A stretch of DNA of 64,000 bases from Tubulanus polymorphus (taxonomy: Eukaryota > Animalia > Nemertea): the NCBI RefSeq assembly GCF_964204645.1, contig NC_134026.1, positions 10,935,950-10,999,949 on the forward strand, read 5' to 3'. Positions 48,681 through 60,837 of this stretch are shown piece after piece (the first letter of the stretch is position 1; every line of letters begins with the position of its first letter). A model generated the notes under the pieces. It was given only the letters and a program-made list of their open reading frames with translations. It ran no database searches and was not told the origin of the DNA. The position numbers and the translations under genes were made by a program.

Positions 48681-51600
48681 TTGATAGAATCTCGCTAGCG
48701 GTGGATAAGTAAACGAAAACATTATCATGAGACTGAATAGTGTCTGATCGTCAGTGTTTATATCTTAGATCATCCGCACGACTGGGCAGTAAAATGGATT
48801 ACCAAGCTAAGCCCCTACCGAGATAATGGTTATTTAGGTAAGATATACTATATTACATGCATTATCTAGTCAGTGGCCACACGACGATGAGAGGAAAGGA
48901 ATATAATTCAAGAAGGAATAAGGAATGGCTTTTGGTTACAATGTGCATGTATATATAGTATTGCCTATTTGTTATTTCCATGTGAGAAAACGAATATTCC
49001 TTTCACATATTCTTAATTATTATTTATTATACAAGTTTATTTCTTTACTAAAGAGATACAATACAGAAATACAGAAATTCGACTTTGTATGCAAGACGTG
49101 AACGGTAGCCTGCGATTTCACATCAGGCGACAGATTTGTATCACTAGAGGAATTACACGCTAACACAAATTATTTCATTGTCAAGTCTTGGTTTTTACTC
49201 GGATGCATACCGGTACTTAATCTACGATAAATGGTACATTCAAGCAGTACATTGTACATAGTCTACGGTAGTACGTTGCTTAGCACATTGCTGCACATCT
49301 CGGGAAAATCCGATAATATTTTATTCTCATTCGAGCGAAAAGACCAACAGCGTTAGTAGTGAATCCTGACAGGAAATGTGTGATCTCTGATAAAATGTGA
49401 TCTAGTGTATAATTAGGATTTAATACTATTTCGCAGAAAACCCTATTGATGTTCCCCAGACTAATGTGGACCCTATTTTTCAGAGACGGATTTATGAAAT
49501 CTATGTGAGATTTACCAAATGTAGGTACACATGAATACTTCGCAGGGATTTTTGATGATCTCTTTGGTGATCTCTTTCGCCCACCATTGTGTTGAACTTT
49601 TTGAAAATTCTGGAATCGAAAAATGTCCCCTTTATCTTTCAGATTTCATATTCTCACGCACACGAAAGTTATCCGTAACAACCTGTAGCTAAAGCTAAAA
49701 TGTTTTGTTGGGCGCCCTTCAGCGAAACACCGTTTAAGCCATAGGGGTAAAATATGGACACCCAAATTATTGAAATGAGATTTTCTCTCTGAGCTAACCA
49801 TGGGAGCTAGAAAAGTGGATGCAATTATGAACAGTAGCTCTTGACTAGACGCTTGTAATGAAGTATCATTTGATTGGGTGGCTATAATGGTTCTCCAGAA
49901 GCGCCACTTACAAAACATAATTCTCTTATCACAAAACTTGGTAAAAAGGTACATAAAAATGTCATCCAGCTTAATTCATTAAATTTCCGCTAGGGGACTT
50001 TAAAGCGCAAGCACTGAATATTCGTTTATCTTGAAACTATTTTGACTGAGCTTGGTGCACCAGGTTAGTAGCCCATATTGATCATCATCTAGTATATGTA
50101 TTGGCCCCTTGATGGCACTGCAAAATAGAGCCGCATTTGATCAACTAATCAATAACGATTTCAAATATATTTTGTACGCTTGATCTTACGGCCAGAAGGG
50201 TAGAAAGCCCGTTATCAGCTAGTTTTCGCCTCAAAACCTCATTGCAATTCTATAACACTATTGTTATTATTAGGGTTTTCTGCCGCTTTCGCAAAAATCC
50301 TATTGTAAACCTGCGATTATCAATTTTCATTTTGGGGATTTCAGCTTAAAATCAGCAGCGAAGTTGTACTTACAATCTATGTTCATTTTGCTAGTGGTTT
50401 CAACTTTCTAGGCCTACTGTTTGGGCGCTATATGGCGCAAATACGGCTACCCATATTTTTTTAAAGGAGGTTTTTTGGCTTCTAGCTCCTAAAACAAGAG
50501 ATAGAATAGTGGATCCAATTGCGTTCAGAAGCCTTTTATTTACTGTTTTCCACGAGCGCCACCTAAAAAACGTAAAAAAAACTGATCTACTAATTTGGAT
50601 AAAGGGAATTCGATGAAAATTGATACAAACATACCTAGTATTCAAAGACAAGCAACACTACACTAGTTCTTACTTTGACCACTAGGGGCGTAAATCTTAT
50701 TTCAGCATCGGTTTCTCATATGTAATTCAGTAGCTTTTATTACACAAATAACAAATAACAAAATTTCGGATATGATATAGGTACATATTCATATGTGAAA
50801 CATGCCATCAGGCATAGTTCGTACAATTGCCACAAGGGGTTGTACTGTGAAACTGTATCTTCGATATTGTAAAAACTATTTTGACTTGGTTTAAAGTCTA
50901 TCTTCCTTTAATTAGGTCACTTTAGATCTACAAATACTCCGACTGTATTTCGATGAATTGACGTTACACAAGCAATGTTGAGCCGTCAACACCACAAATT
51001 CAAATCCAGTCAAACCATCGACAATTTTTCCTTTATTTCCGAACGTTTCTTTATTCCTTCTTCATTATAAACAAGCGCTATTCGGCGTTCTAGGAAAACT
51101 CCGCTTCGTAATCAATTTGAATTCAATTTTGTAAATTTATTTCACACATTCGCTAGCGGGATTCATGATAATTTGAAGAGTGAAGAAACCATCTTTTTTC
51201 CTACAGTATATTACCAAAGTAAGTTCCTTAAATATCTGGGTTTTAATAGAAAAAATAAGTGTAGGCTTACATTTCCGAGTGTCACCCAATTGGAGGGGGT
51301 TGGTTTTTAATTGTACATATGGCGTTTTATTAGTAAAATGAAATAGAACCTTTTGATGAAATATTCCGTTATGTTTGTGTAACGACATGGGGGTCGCAGC
51401 GACCTTAAACATAAACCAGTTACTTGCCTACCGATTCGACCGGCAATCAGCCTACCTTCGACCGTGTTCGCATTCGCTGAATCAAATAAAATATGTCAAG
51501 CTGTAGAAAAAGAAAGCTGAAAGAAAATCTGATGATACGCCTTCCACGAAAGTCAAACGCTAAATAAGGTGAGCTTATACCCTAATTTATCGACGGAGCA

Positions 51601-53003
51601 TGGTTATCGATTCGATAATGTTCTGTTGATTATTGAAAGTGAAGTAACATTATCCAGCTGATAGACCGATTATCAATGGTTTAGAAAAACGCGAATGCAT
51701 CATAAATTCAACTTATTCAATTACCATTTGACAGCAGATCGTTATCTATTGCGCGATTATATTTCTTTACATATTCGCCTATTTTACAAATAAACATATG
51801 TACATCGACTGACGAGAAGCGGCAATTTATTGCATGCAGAATTCGATTGAGAAGCTATTTTTGTATACTCTGATTTTCACTTTGATACTTTGATATACTG
51901 ATAAAGAAATAGTTGCACAAAATAAGCTTACATTTGAATACATATATTCAACCTGGAGTCATTAGTTTCTCATTCTTGTGCACAATGTTGACGATGAAAA
52001 GCATTTTAGCGCCAATGTTGGGTAAATAGATTGGAAAATCAAATGATAAATATAGTTGCAATGCAGCGATAATGGGTTTCCTGCACAGCCCGACTATGCT
52101 ATTCAGAATAACAGAAATTATTATTATAAATTGTAGAAAATTGAAATACATGTCATTGACAGGATTCGAACCTAATGTGGCACAACAAACGCGTCAACGT
52201 AGTTTGAGTAATCATACTGATTACTCCAAGATTGAATTGACCAGGCATTTATTTTGGCATTCAAACATTATGATTATCATATCGCTATTCAAGAACTCGA
52301 TCTGTTCTATCAATAACTCATTCTGGTGTCATTACGCTGAACAAAGTAACAGAGATAAGTGCATCACTTATGTTTTATTATTTGATTTAAGATATGAAAT
52401 TTTGTTGATGTAGATCGGCGATAAAAATAAGTACTAAATCAATCAATGAGTTATAAATTGAGTTGGTTCGGGCCACTGTTGATATTGGCTTTAACGGAAT
52501 ACCAATGGATAACATCGATATCGACAAACCATGATATTCAACACGCGTATGAATTTCAAACCTTTTCTAGTGAAAGTTTCTGTAGTCTAATAAAATGGCA
52601 GTGACTCTCAGCTATTAGAATGAAACATACCTTGTGTTCTCTCCACTTGTATTTGCAGAACCTGGTGGTTTATATTGTACGATCAAGCTCAAATCTACTT
52701 TTCTTCAAAAACAAGTTGTCAGTAAATTCCAAGGTTGTTGGTTACATCGTGTTAGGATCTCTCGGAAACAATTACCCAAGTTTCAATTACAATCAAATCC
52801 ATATGGGCAAACAAGTACGCTAATGAACTACCATGATAGTCATTGCAAACTTATCAAAGTGTTATGTCGATCATGTTGAGTAACTCCGTACGCGAGACGA
52901 AAGAATCAGATGTTTTATGGTAAGATGCAAGATCGGTCAAAGAGTGTTTTCTCTTTGTTGGCTGTTCTCGACCATTTCGCTTCATTTGTTTGACACCGAA
53001 ATC

Positions 53004-53443
53004 TATGGTGGCTGATTCGGGCCATACTAAAAAATTTATCTGTACGGCTAAAGCAACGATACAAATTTTTCACATTGCCCGTTTTTTGGTTTTCTCGCGC
53101 GAGAATTCAAAACATTTTGGTTTTCTCGCGCGAGAATTCAAAACATTTTGGTTTTCTCGCGCGAGAATTCAAAAAATTTTGGTTTTCTCGCGCGAGAACT
53201 CAAAAAGTTTGGTTTTCTCGTGCGAGAATTAAAAACTTTTGGTTTTCTCGCGCGAGAAAACTTAACATTTTGGTTTGAAAAATTTTTCTGACTGGCTAGA
53301 AGCTGGATAGAAATTTTTTACAATGGCCCATTTTTTTGTTTTCCTGCGCGAGAAAAGCAAAAAAGGGCCACTGTGAAAATTTTTTTATCGTTGCTCTAGC
53401 CGTACAGAAATTTTTTTTAGTATGGCCCGAATCAGCCACCATA
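53004..53443. mobile_element. IS3EU-like MITE, copy 2
   Basis: Same TIR start TATGGTGGCTGATTCGGGCCAT; 6-bp TSD GAAATC at 52998-53003 and 53444-53449; about six internal 31-bp repeats (TTTTGGTTTTCTCGCGCGAGAATTCAAAACA). Confidence 0.88.
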
Positions 53444-53452
53444 GAAATCTGC

Positions 53453-53775
53453 AGCCGGGCGTAGGTCGACCTTGCGACGCAACGCGATCGTCGCGTTGCG
53501 TCGCATGTGGGGTCGTAAGTCGGTTGCAACGCAATTGTCAGCGACTGTGTGCGACTAGTTTCTGCCAATCGCAAGAGCGCGTAAGTCGGTTGCGACGGTC
53601 GCGTCTCGTCGCAGAAAGTAGAACATGTGCGACTCACTGCGACTGGGGTCGCTGGCAGTCGCAACCCGTCGCTGGCAGTCGCAAGGTAGCGTAGGTCGGT
53701 GGGTCGTTGCGACGCGATCGTCGCTGACGGTCGCAGTGAGTCGCAAGCCGTCGCAAGGCCGATCTACGCCCGGCT
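53453..53775. mobile_element. GC-rich MITE with TIRs of about 27 bp (Harbinger-like)
   Basis: AGCCGGGCGTAGGTCGACCTTGCGACG...CGTCGCAAGGCCGATCTACGCCCGGCT; interior rich in TGCGAC/GTCGCA; TSD unclear. Confidence 0.7.
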
Positions 53776-56700
53776 TAGTTTTCCAAATGTGATTATTGTG
53801 GATATTGTTATGTGTTGAAATGGAAAATATTTCGAAACATGATAACCTATGTAGAGTATTAAAATGTGAACGCACTCTCTAATTAGGCTCGAGCTAGACT
53901 TTGTAGTTAATGAGCCGAATAGGCCAATTTAATCACGAATAGATACAATGGAACTTCGTCACAGCGTACTTGTTACAGAAACACGGGGACCAGAAAATAC
54001 AAAATGTTTTCAATTTGACTTTCCACATTGTGCAATAATCCTAATAATCACCGTAACCAAATTCAAATCTTGCACGTGACCCTGATTTGGAGATTCTCAG
54101 AGCCGTCCTTTTTTAATCAACTTATAAATGACTTCACTAACAAATAAACGATCCACACGCGATGTCCTTCGGCATTTATATAGATATTCGCAGCAGTACT
54201 AGATTTCCGCCGGTGTTGTCAGTGATTTTAAGTTTAGAATAGGATAGACAGTGAATAGAATCTATTGGTTCAGGGTTATGCGTATTTCTGTCAGATTTTC
54301 ACATCTCGTTTAGAAGGTTTTAGTTGTCGAATCTGGTAGAATGAATGATATGTGAGAAAAAGTGGAAAATATACTATACATGTAATAATGATCAACAGAA
54401 TTACACGAGGAAGTAGAAAACCCTAATAACATAAAATAAGTAATAAAAGTCAAAACTAGCAAGCAGGTGTTCATTCATCGGTGGCTACAGTAACAAGGTG
54501 TGTGTACCTGAGGTTTACATACGCCATTTTATATATGCCTGTACCTGAAGTGTGACGTCAAGGTAGGCTATATGCTACGTCGGGAAACCTTAAATATAGC
54601 ACAGCTACGAATTCTGACGGGTTCGAACGATTGAATGTTAATCCATCAATGGAAACCTAAGGATATGAGGCTCGGATATTGTAATAAGGAAAAGTAAGAC
54701 TGTTATAAGAACCAAGATAAATAGAGGATAATTATAAGATCAACCGTTCGGATGATTGATGAGAACGAAGGCCGGCGTGGAAAGTGGATAGCCCCAACGG
54801 ACAACCCAACACAACACTGGGTGATTGCAAAATAGTGCAGCAACACTGACTTTGAATTTTGTTGACCGAAAATAAATCGATGCAAACGTAAGTACAGAAT
54901 ACCCGCTGCGGCCAATAAAACGGGCTTAAATGTGATTTACCCACATTGAAGAACTATTCAGACAAAATATCTATTGGCTAAGCTGTTTACAATTTCATTT
55001 GAAATATGAGAAGATTTAACACAATGACATAGTGTCCGTTCCACTGAACTTATCATGAGAAGGAAGAACCAATCATTTCAATGAGATTTTGTCCTTAATA
55101 TAGACTAGGTGTCGCGTTGGTTTATTTATTGAATAAATGGATTTAGAGAAGTAAGATAAGTATGGTGGGAAACACAAGCAAAAGAACATTCAATAAAATG
55201 GGTATCGGCACCGCTACTGGAAGTGAGGATTCCAAGGACAAAAAAAGTTACGCCAGTAGTAGATAAAAAGAATATTCGCAGCTCTGTTCACTTTTCGCCC
55301 ATTAAACAAGGTATTGATTTCGTGTGGCTTTACATCTATTTGACGATTTGACCGCTTGGTTTGTGTGGGTACCAGTACCTCAATCGCATAATGGCCGACG
55401 TAATTCCAGGGTAGTGCAAGCCTGACTGTAATAAAATGCGACAGACCTTGGAGTTATCATTCTGATAACTCCAAAGACAGACACACATCCTCTAATAATC
55501 CTGCTATGGGTGTGTGCCGTTGAAAAGTAAGTAGTTTATATACATTTTGTTGATAGCGTTGTGGGGAAAAGCACGAGGCTCCCTGTCAAAAATCGATATT
55601 TTTCTGCTATCCTACCTGCACGGCAACCTAGTCCGATAGATAGACGGGTTAGTAACACTGTTTAATCGGAGAGTGTCTGGAGAATATTATGATGTTAAAC
55701 TAGGTGGTCCAGTGACACTATGCACACTTAGGAAATGCTCAACTATCTGACAATTGCAATATTCACGCCACCTGGTAAGTATATACTGAAAGCAATGACC
55801 TCGAAACTCACAAATCATATGTTATGAGCTTCAACTTTGCAATCGATTGTATTTACCAAATATGCATATGTACCAATATAAATAGACAAATTGTATATGA
55901 TTCAATATCTAATCCCTTGGTAGTAAGAACAAAACATTGGGTGGTCCCAAATTCCATTTGAGGAGATGTATCCTACGACCGTGCTCATAACAATAAAATA
56001 TCAAGACTATAAGTTAAAACCTGTTGATATTTTCCTTAAAAAACCTTTATCATCCTAAGAATGAGGACTGATGACACTAAAATGGCCGATAATTGCGTGA
56101 TAATTGACTGATCGCAAACCCCGCTGATACGCTCAAGGGTCCAGTTCCACAGTTGTGAATAAACTGTGAGTTAACTCATTGAAAATGAGCTAACTTTAAC
56201 TCAGAATTAACTCTAACTCACAACTGTGGGATCAAGATCTCTTTTCGAAGATTACCCATCACAAATTTCAATCAAAAATGGCGAACTGTTAAGAAGCTAC
56301 AGGTCTCAGAATTCAGGCCAAAATTGACCTTCTTTTGTTCTCAAAAAGGTCACAGGGTAGTCATCTTGAGTTCGATCGACCCAATTCTTCTTTTGCTGAT
56401 GGGCCTGTGGGGGATACAGATATGTATGAAAGATCAAGATAATTTATCAAAGTGTCTTCAAAATCTCCCTTTGAAAACTTCCGAAATGTGTAAAAAGTGC
56501 TTATTCTAGCGAACAACACTGGCTGCGAGTCGGCCCTGACGACGTGCCTATGGTAGATAGATGTTTAAACTAAATATCAAGACAATTCATTGAAGTCTCT
56601 TCAAAACCCTCCAAAATAACTGAATTCCATCTAAATAACTGAATTCCGGCCCAAAAGTGAACGCAATAGCCCGCTTGGACTTAATTCCCATAGTGAGCTA

Positions 56701-57086
56701 AAATGCATGTGGAATCAATCCGAAGAAAGTATATTCTAGGGAATTTCCTTGCCTCCGCAGTCTATCCCCACTCAATAACAAATAAATCCGTTTATACACC
56801 GAAAAGGTTTAATAAGTTACTAGTAAAGATCACATTTCCACTAGTTTTCAGTGACCATCGAACAATGAAAAAAAGGCAAAATTTTCTTGAACATTTTCTA
56901 GTTTTGATTTCATAGATCAAATGAAATGATTTATGGGTTTTAGACAGAATCACTATAAACATCTTCCATTAATAGGCACACAAAAACGAATACGATGATC
57001 ATAGAAAAGTTATTAAATAATATTGACAGAAAAATATTTAAAAAAAAACTATAGAATATCACTACGATCCAGCAGCTTACAATCAA

Positions 57087-57614
57087 TTACACATCTTCGT
57101 TTGGTATCTTATCCAATAGCCAACCATCTTTTACTCCTTTCATCTTCTTTATATTAATCTTTAGTAAGGTTTTTCGTTCGTGAAGTAAATGCCTCTGATT
57201 GAGGTATTCTTCGTAGTAGCGTTCCTCGTCTAAAGGGTCGTAATTTTGGTGTCTTCGAAAGTGTAAAACCAAAACGATCATAACAAACGCATAAAATCCC
57301 AAAATGGCTGCAATATAGATGATCTTACTAGTATCATCAGAGATGCTGTATGATGTTGCAGACTGCGCGGAATGTTTAACTACGAATTTGAAACTACTTT
57401 CGCTGAATGTTGCCGAGCTGTTGTCATTCAAGACAACTTTCCTAGCCGTTGCAGGCTCAATTCGATCACTTAATCCATTAATCCAGGCGTCCTCGGAACG
57501 CAATTGAATCGTAGCGTTTAATACCTCCGTAATACGAACGGGTGCGTGTAACGATACATTGCTGGTGGATGGTATTCGAAAATTGTCGACTGATGACATG
57601 TTTGACAAATTCAT
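57087..57614 (-). CDS. Probable host single-exon, single-pass membrane glycoprotein (175 aa), KCNE-like topology
   Basis: First ATG at 57614 (the ORF track start is GTG); several N-x-S/T sequons in the N-terminal part, one TM segment IIYIAAILGFYAFVMIVLVLHF, basic stop-transfer RRH, then DEERYYEEYL; no transposon features; TA-rich tract at about 57745-57760. Confidence 0.6.
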   Translation of the reverse strand: MNLSNMSSVDNFRIPSTSNVSLHAPVRITEVLNATIQLRSEDAWINGLSDRIEPATARKVVLNDNSSATFSESSFKFVVKHSAQSATSYSISDDTSKIIYIAAILGFYAFVMIVLVLHFRRHQNYDPLDEERYYEEYLNQRHLLHERKTLLKINIKKMKGVKDGWLLDKIPNEDV

Positions 57615-58603
57615 CGTTTCACCTTCACGATATCGCTGCTGTATCGTCAAAGGCGATAAATGCACGTTGCTATTCTATCTGATGCGATTTCTTTTCTTTA
57701 TAGTTTGCAATATACGAACTAGCGAATTACGCGCGGCTATGATGTATATATACATATAACGCAAGTTTCACACGTGCCTTTACTAAGCGAACGTTTTTAT
57801 TCCTTACCTAAAAATCCCAATAACATACGTACGTAATAGACTTAGATTGTCGAAAACCATTTTTTCGAATACGTGTTAATGTAATTTATACATTACGATC
57901 CTTCGAGCAAATCTGCCGGCACTTGGCATTCGTAGAAATTAATTGACGGCAAAATATACGAAGAAACTGACTTCGACTAGACGTCCTTTCACGTTGAGCA
58001 ACAGTTATTGACTGCGAATGCGCTAACGGACAACTCACGTAGCGTAATAAGGTGCTTGTTCTCCAGGTCTCGCGGTCGCGTCATCGCATCCCACTGCAGC
58101 AATATTTCAACAACCAACGCTGCGATACATTTTTATGAAGGTCGTGGTTAATAGCTGTAACCGCGAAATATACTAGGCAACTGCAACTGCTACTAAATGC
58201 CAACGAGTTTCCGTGACGGAAGGTCCTAGTCTTGTGTAATGATAGTTTATTTCAAAAAGGAGTTCATTTTTCTCAGTAAGCGTGACTGTCATTTTTCAAG
58301 AGGGCAAATCTAAAACGGAAATAACTTAAATGCGTCCTTGACCAGGCCCCGATACGGCAAAATCATCTTTCAAGATGTATGACGGTGCTCTGTGAATATC
58401 ATTTAGCAAGTTGTTTACCAACTTTTTTAAACTTGGAAAAATTGTTTCGCTGTCTCATCCAATTCTTTTTCCAAGCCCGCTTGGAAATCAAAATTTGCTC
58501 ATCTTTCAAGAAGGACGTATAAAGTGTCACCATGCATCTATGATTAACATTGGGTTGAATCATATTCATGGGTTACTTAGAGTTATCGCCTTTCTAACAT
58601 ATG

Positions 58604-59621
58604 CAGGGGCGGATCTAGGATTTTTCAAAGGAGGGGGGGGGGGTTGGCTGACAAAAAAACGTAATGAAGCGACAGTGACCAGCGAGCCGCGCAGCGGCGA
58701 AGTCCGATCCGGCCCTTTCCTTTGGAATAACATCAGTGAAAATCTAAAAAACCTGGAAAACCCTAAGAAATTATAGAAAGCAACTTTTTGCTTGATTATA
58801 TCATATAGTTATTCGAACTAAAATTATTGTTTTTTAAATATTACAGAAAACAACTGGCTCATTAAATGATTACATCTTAATCAAGCTGTTATCATAGTTT
58901 ACTTTGTTTGCATTTTGTGTGTTAAGGGTTGACTGTGAGCATATTTTTTTCTTTATTGCATTTCTCTTTTTTTCTTTTCTCTTTTGAGGGACCTGTTTTA
59001 TACAAACTATTCCTTAGTTTCTACAGGCCCCTTCAGGTCTAATTTACTGTATTTTGTATTATGCTTTGTACACTATGCTGTAAATTATATTTGAAAAATA
59101 AAGTGTTCAAGTGTTCAACTTTTTCAAACATTTGTGATCATAATTTGTCATCATCGTACTGGTTGGGAAAGTGACCGTTTACCGGATACATATGCGTATA
59201 CGGCTTAGCGGAATGGCTGGAGATGCACGAACTTAATGATTGCTCGTAGCATATACGTATACGGCGTCAGTCGCAACGCTATGATAGTTCTGATTCCAAG
59301 GCAGCTAAGTAACATTCTTATTTCATCTTCTTAATTCAACAAACAGTGGGAGTTATAAGAAATGCTACATAAGTCGATGCGAAAAGATATCTGATCTTGC
59401 GCTTTAACATGCTTGATCGTGAAAAACTGGCGCGCTTTTACAAGGGAGAATTTGATACATCATCCAAGTCAAGCATAACCAGCTAGACTTCCAAAGTCTA
59501 CCGAACTGCTGTGACGATAAGATATAGGCTATTTACACGATAAAGCCCCTTATTAGGACATTTTTGGAAGGCATTTGAGGGAGTGGCTAGCCACCCTATT
59601 CACCCCCTAGATCCGCGCCTG
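58604..59621. mobile_element. hAT-like non-autonomous element, probably with nested sequence
   Basis: TIR CAGGGGCGGATCTAGG / CCTAGATCCGCGCCTG; TSD not cleanly preserved. Confidence 0.55.
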
Positions 59622-59835
59622 ATATACTGATGTTTTGAGTCTCTACCTTCAAATATCCATGAATCTAAAGAGCTCATCTTGTTCAAATGTCCGATCTGCT
59701 ATGTCCGATCTGCTATTTTCATTCAGTATATATCACTAAAATTAAGAAATACGTTTACGATGCGAAAGTCCTGAGGATCCCGCATACAGTTGTCCAGTCG
59801 TACTTTACGCTACACAATCCACAGATTCACCTGAG

Positions 59836-60837
59836 TTAACCCTTTCAATACCACATAGTGTCTCCACTGCTGTACCGGAGGGAATTTAGGGGTTTATAGG
59901 GGTATATTTGAAACTTCATAGAATAGTTACCAAGGTATCTGACACAGAAAATTTATATAGCACGTTGTTGATGACTTTTGGGCCAACAATTTAGACATAA
60001 ATAATTTGGATATAAGTGAACTTGAGGTCAAGGTCACATACTCTAAGATGGCTGCCATGAAAAAAATTCACGAAAAAGTTTCTGATAAACTGCTCTGTCT
60101 CCCAGAAAAATGCACTGATCTATTCAATTCCAACTGAAATTGTATGCCATATATCCTAACTTTATGTAGTAAAAACTTCAAAGCAATAGAACAACTAGAA
60201 AATTTATTTTTCCACTCATTTACCAACTTCTCCACCGATATGTCGGAAGGCCGGATGTAAGGGATTTCATTGGGGTATAATTTCAGGCCTCAGAAAATTG
60301 TTACCTATGTATTTGACACTGATACATTGTATACCATGGTGTTCATTGGGCTTACAAATAAGACAAATTATTTGAATATATGTCACCTTGAGGATGGACA
60401 GTTTCTAGTTCTTCATTATTGTTATTGGTGTCCGTTGCCATGACTACCGTATCAACAGGGTCTAAAAAATTGTCACTGATTTCATTTTCATCATCAAAAT
60501 CATTGCCAGCAATATAAACCTAGTTTCTGACTAAGTCACATCATCTGAACTGCTGCTGTCATATTCGTTGTCACTCTCAATTTGTTCACTACCAAATTCC
60601 AAGTCACCAGCATCACTGTCAGCATCATATACGAGCTGCTGAACCGTTTCACCCAGTCAAATTGTTTTTTTCATGGCTGTTGCCATCTTTGATTTTATGC
60701 AGATGGCAGCACCGGCTGATACTGATAGATATGCCCTTCTAGAAGAAGGGTTAAGTGATACCGTATCACATACGGTATGGGTATGCTAGCTTGTCAATTT
60801 GTACCGTATGCCATACGGTAGTGGTATTGTATGTTAA
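59836..60837 (-). mobile_element. Degenerate non-autonomous piggyBac-like element
   Basis: TTAA-CCCTTTCAATACCAC at left, GTGGTATTG...TTAA at right; minus-strand acidic remnant (YDADSDAGDLEFGSEQIESDNEYDSSSSDD) resembling a piggyBac transposase N-terminus. Confidence 0.55.

Noticed and set aside
52150-52225. tRNA gene (GGTTCGAATCC B-box on the minus strand; similar motif near 46890)
   Set aside because: No cloverleaf or convincing A-box can be built; at most a decayed SINE head.
52990-53875. Several overlapping ORFs of 67-122 aa
   Set aside because: They arise from stop-poor MITE internal repeats.
41600-57000. Numerous 60-120 aa ORFs as host exons
   Set aside because: No recognisable domains, many non-ATG starts and no consistent splice pattern; small real exons cannot be excluded without transcript data.
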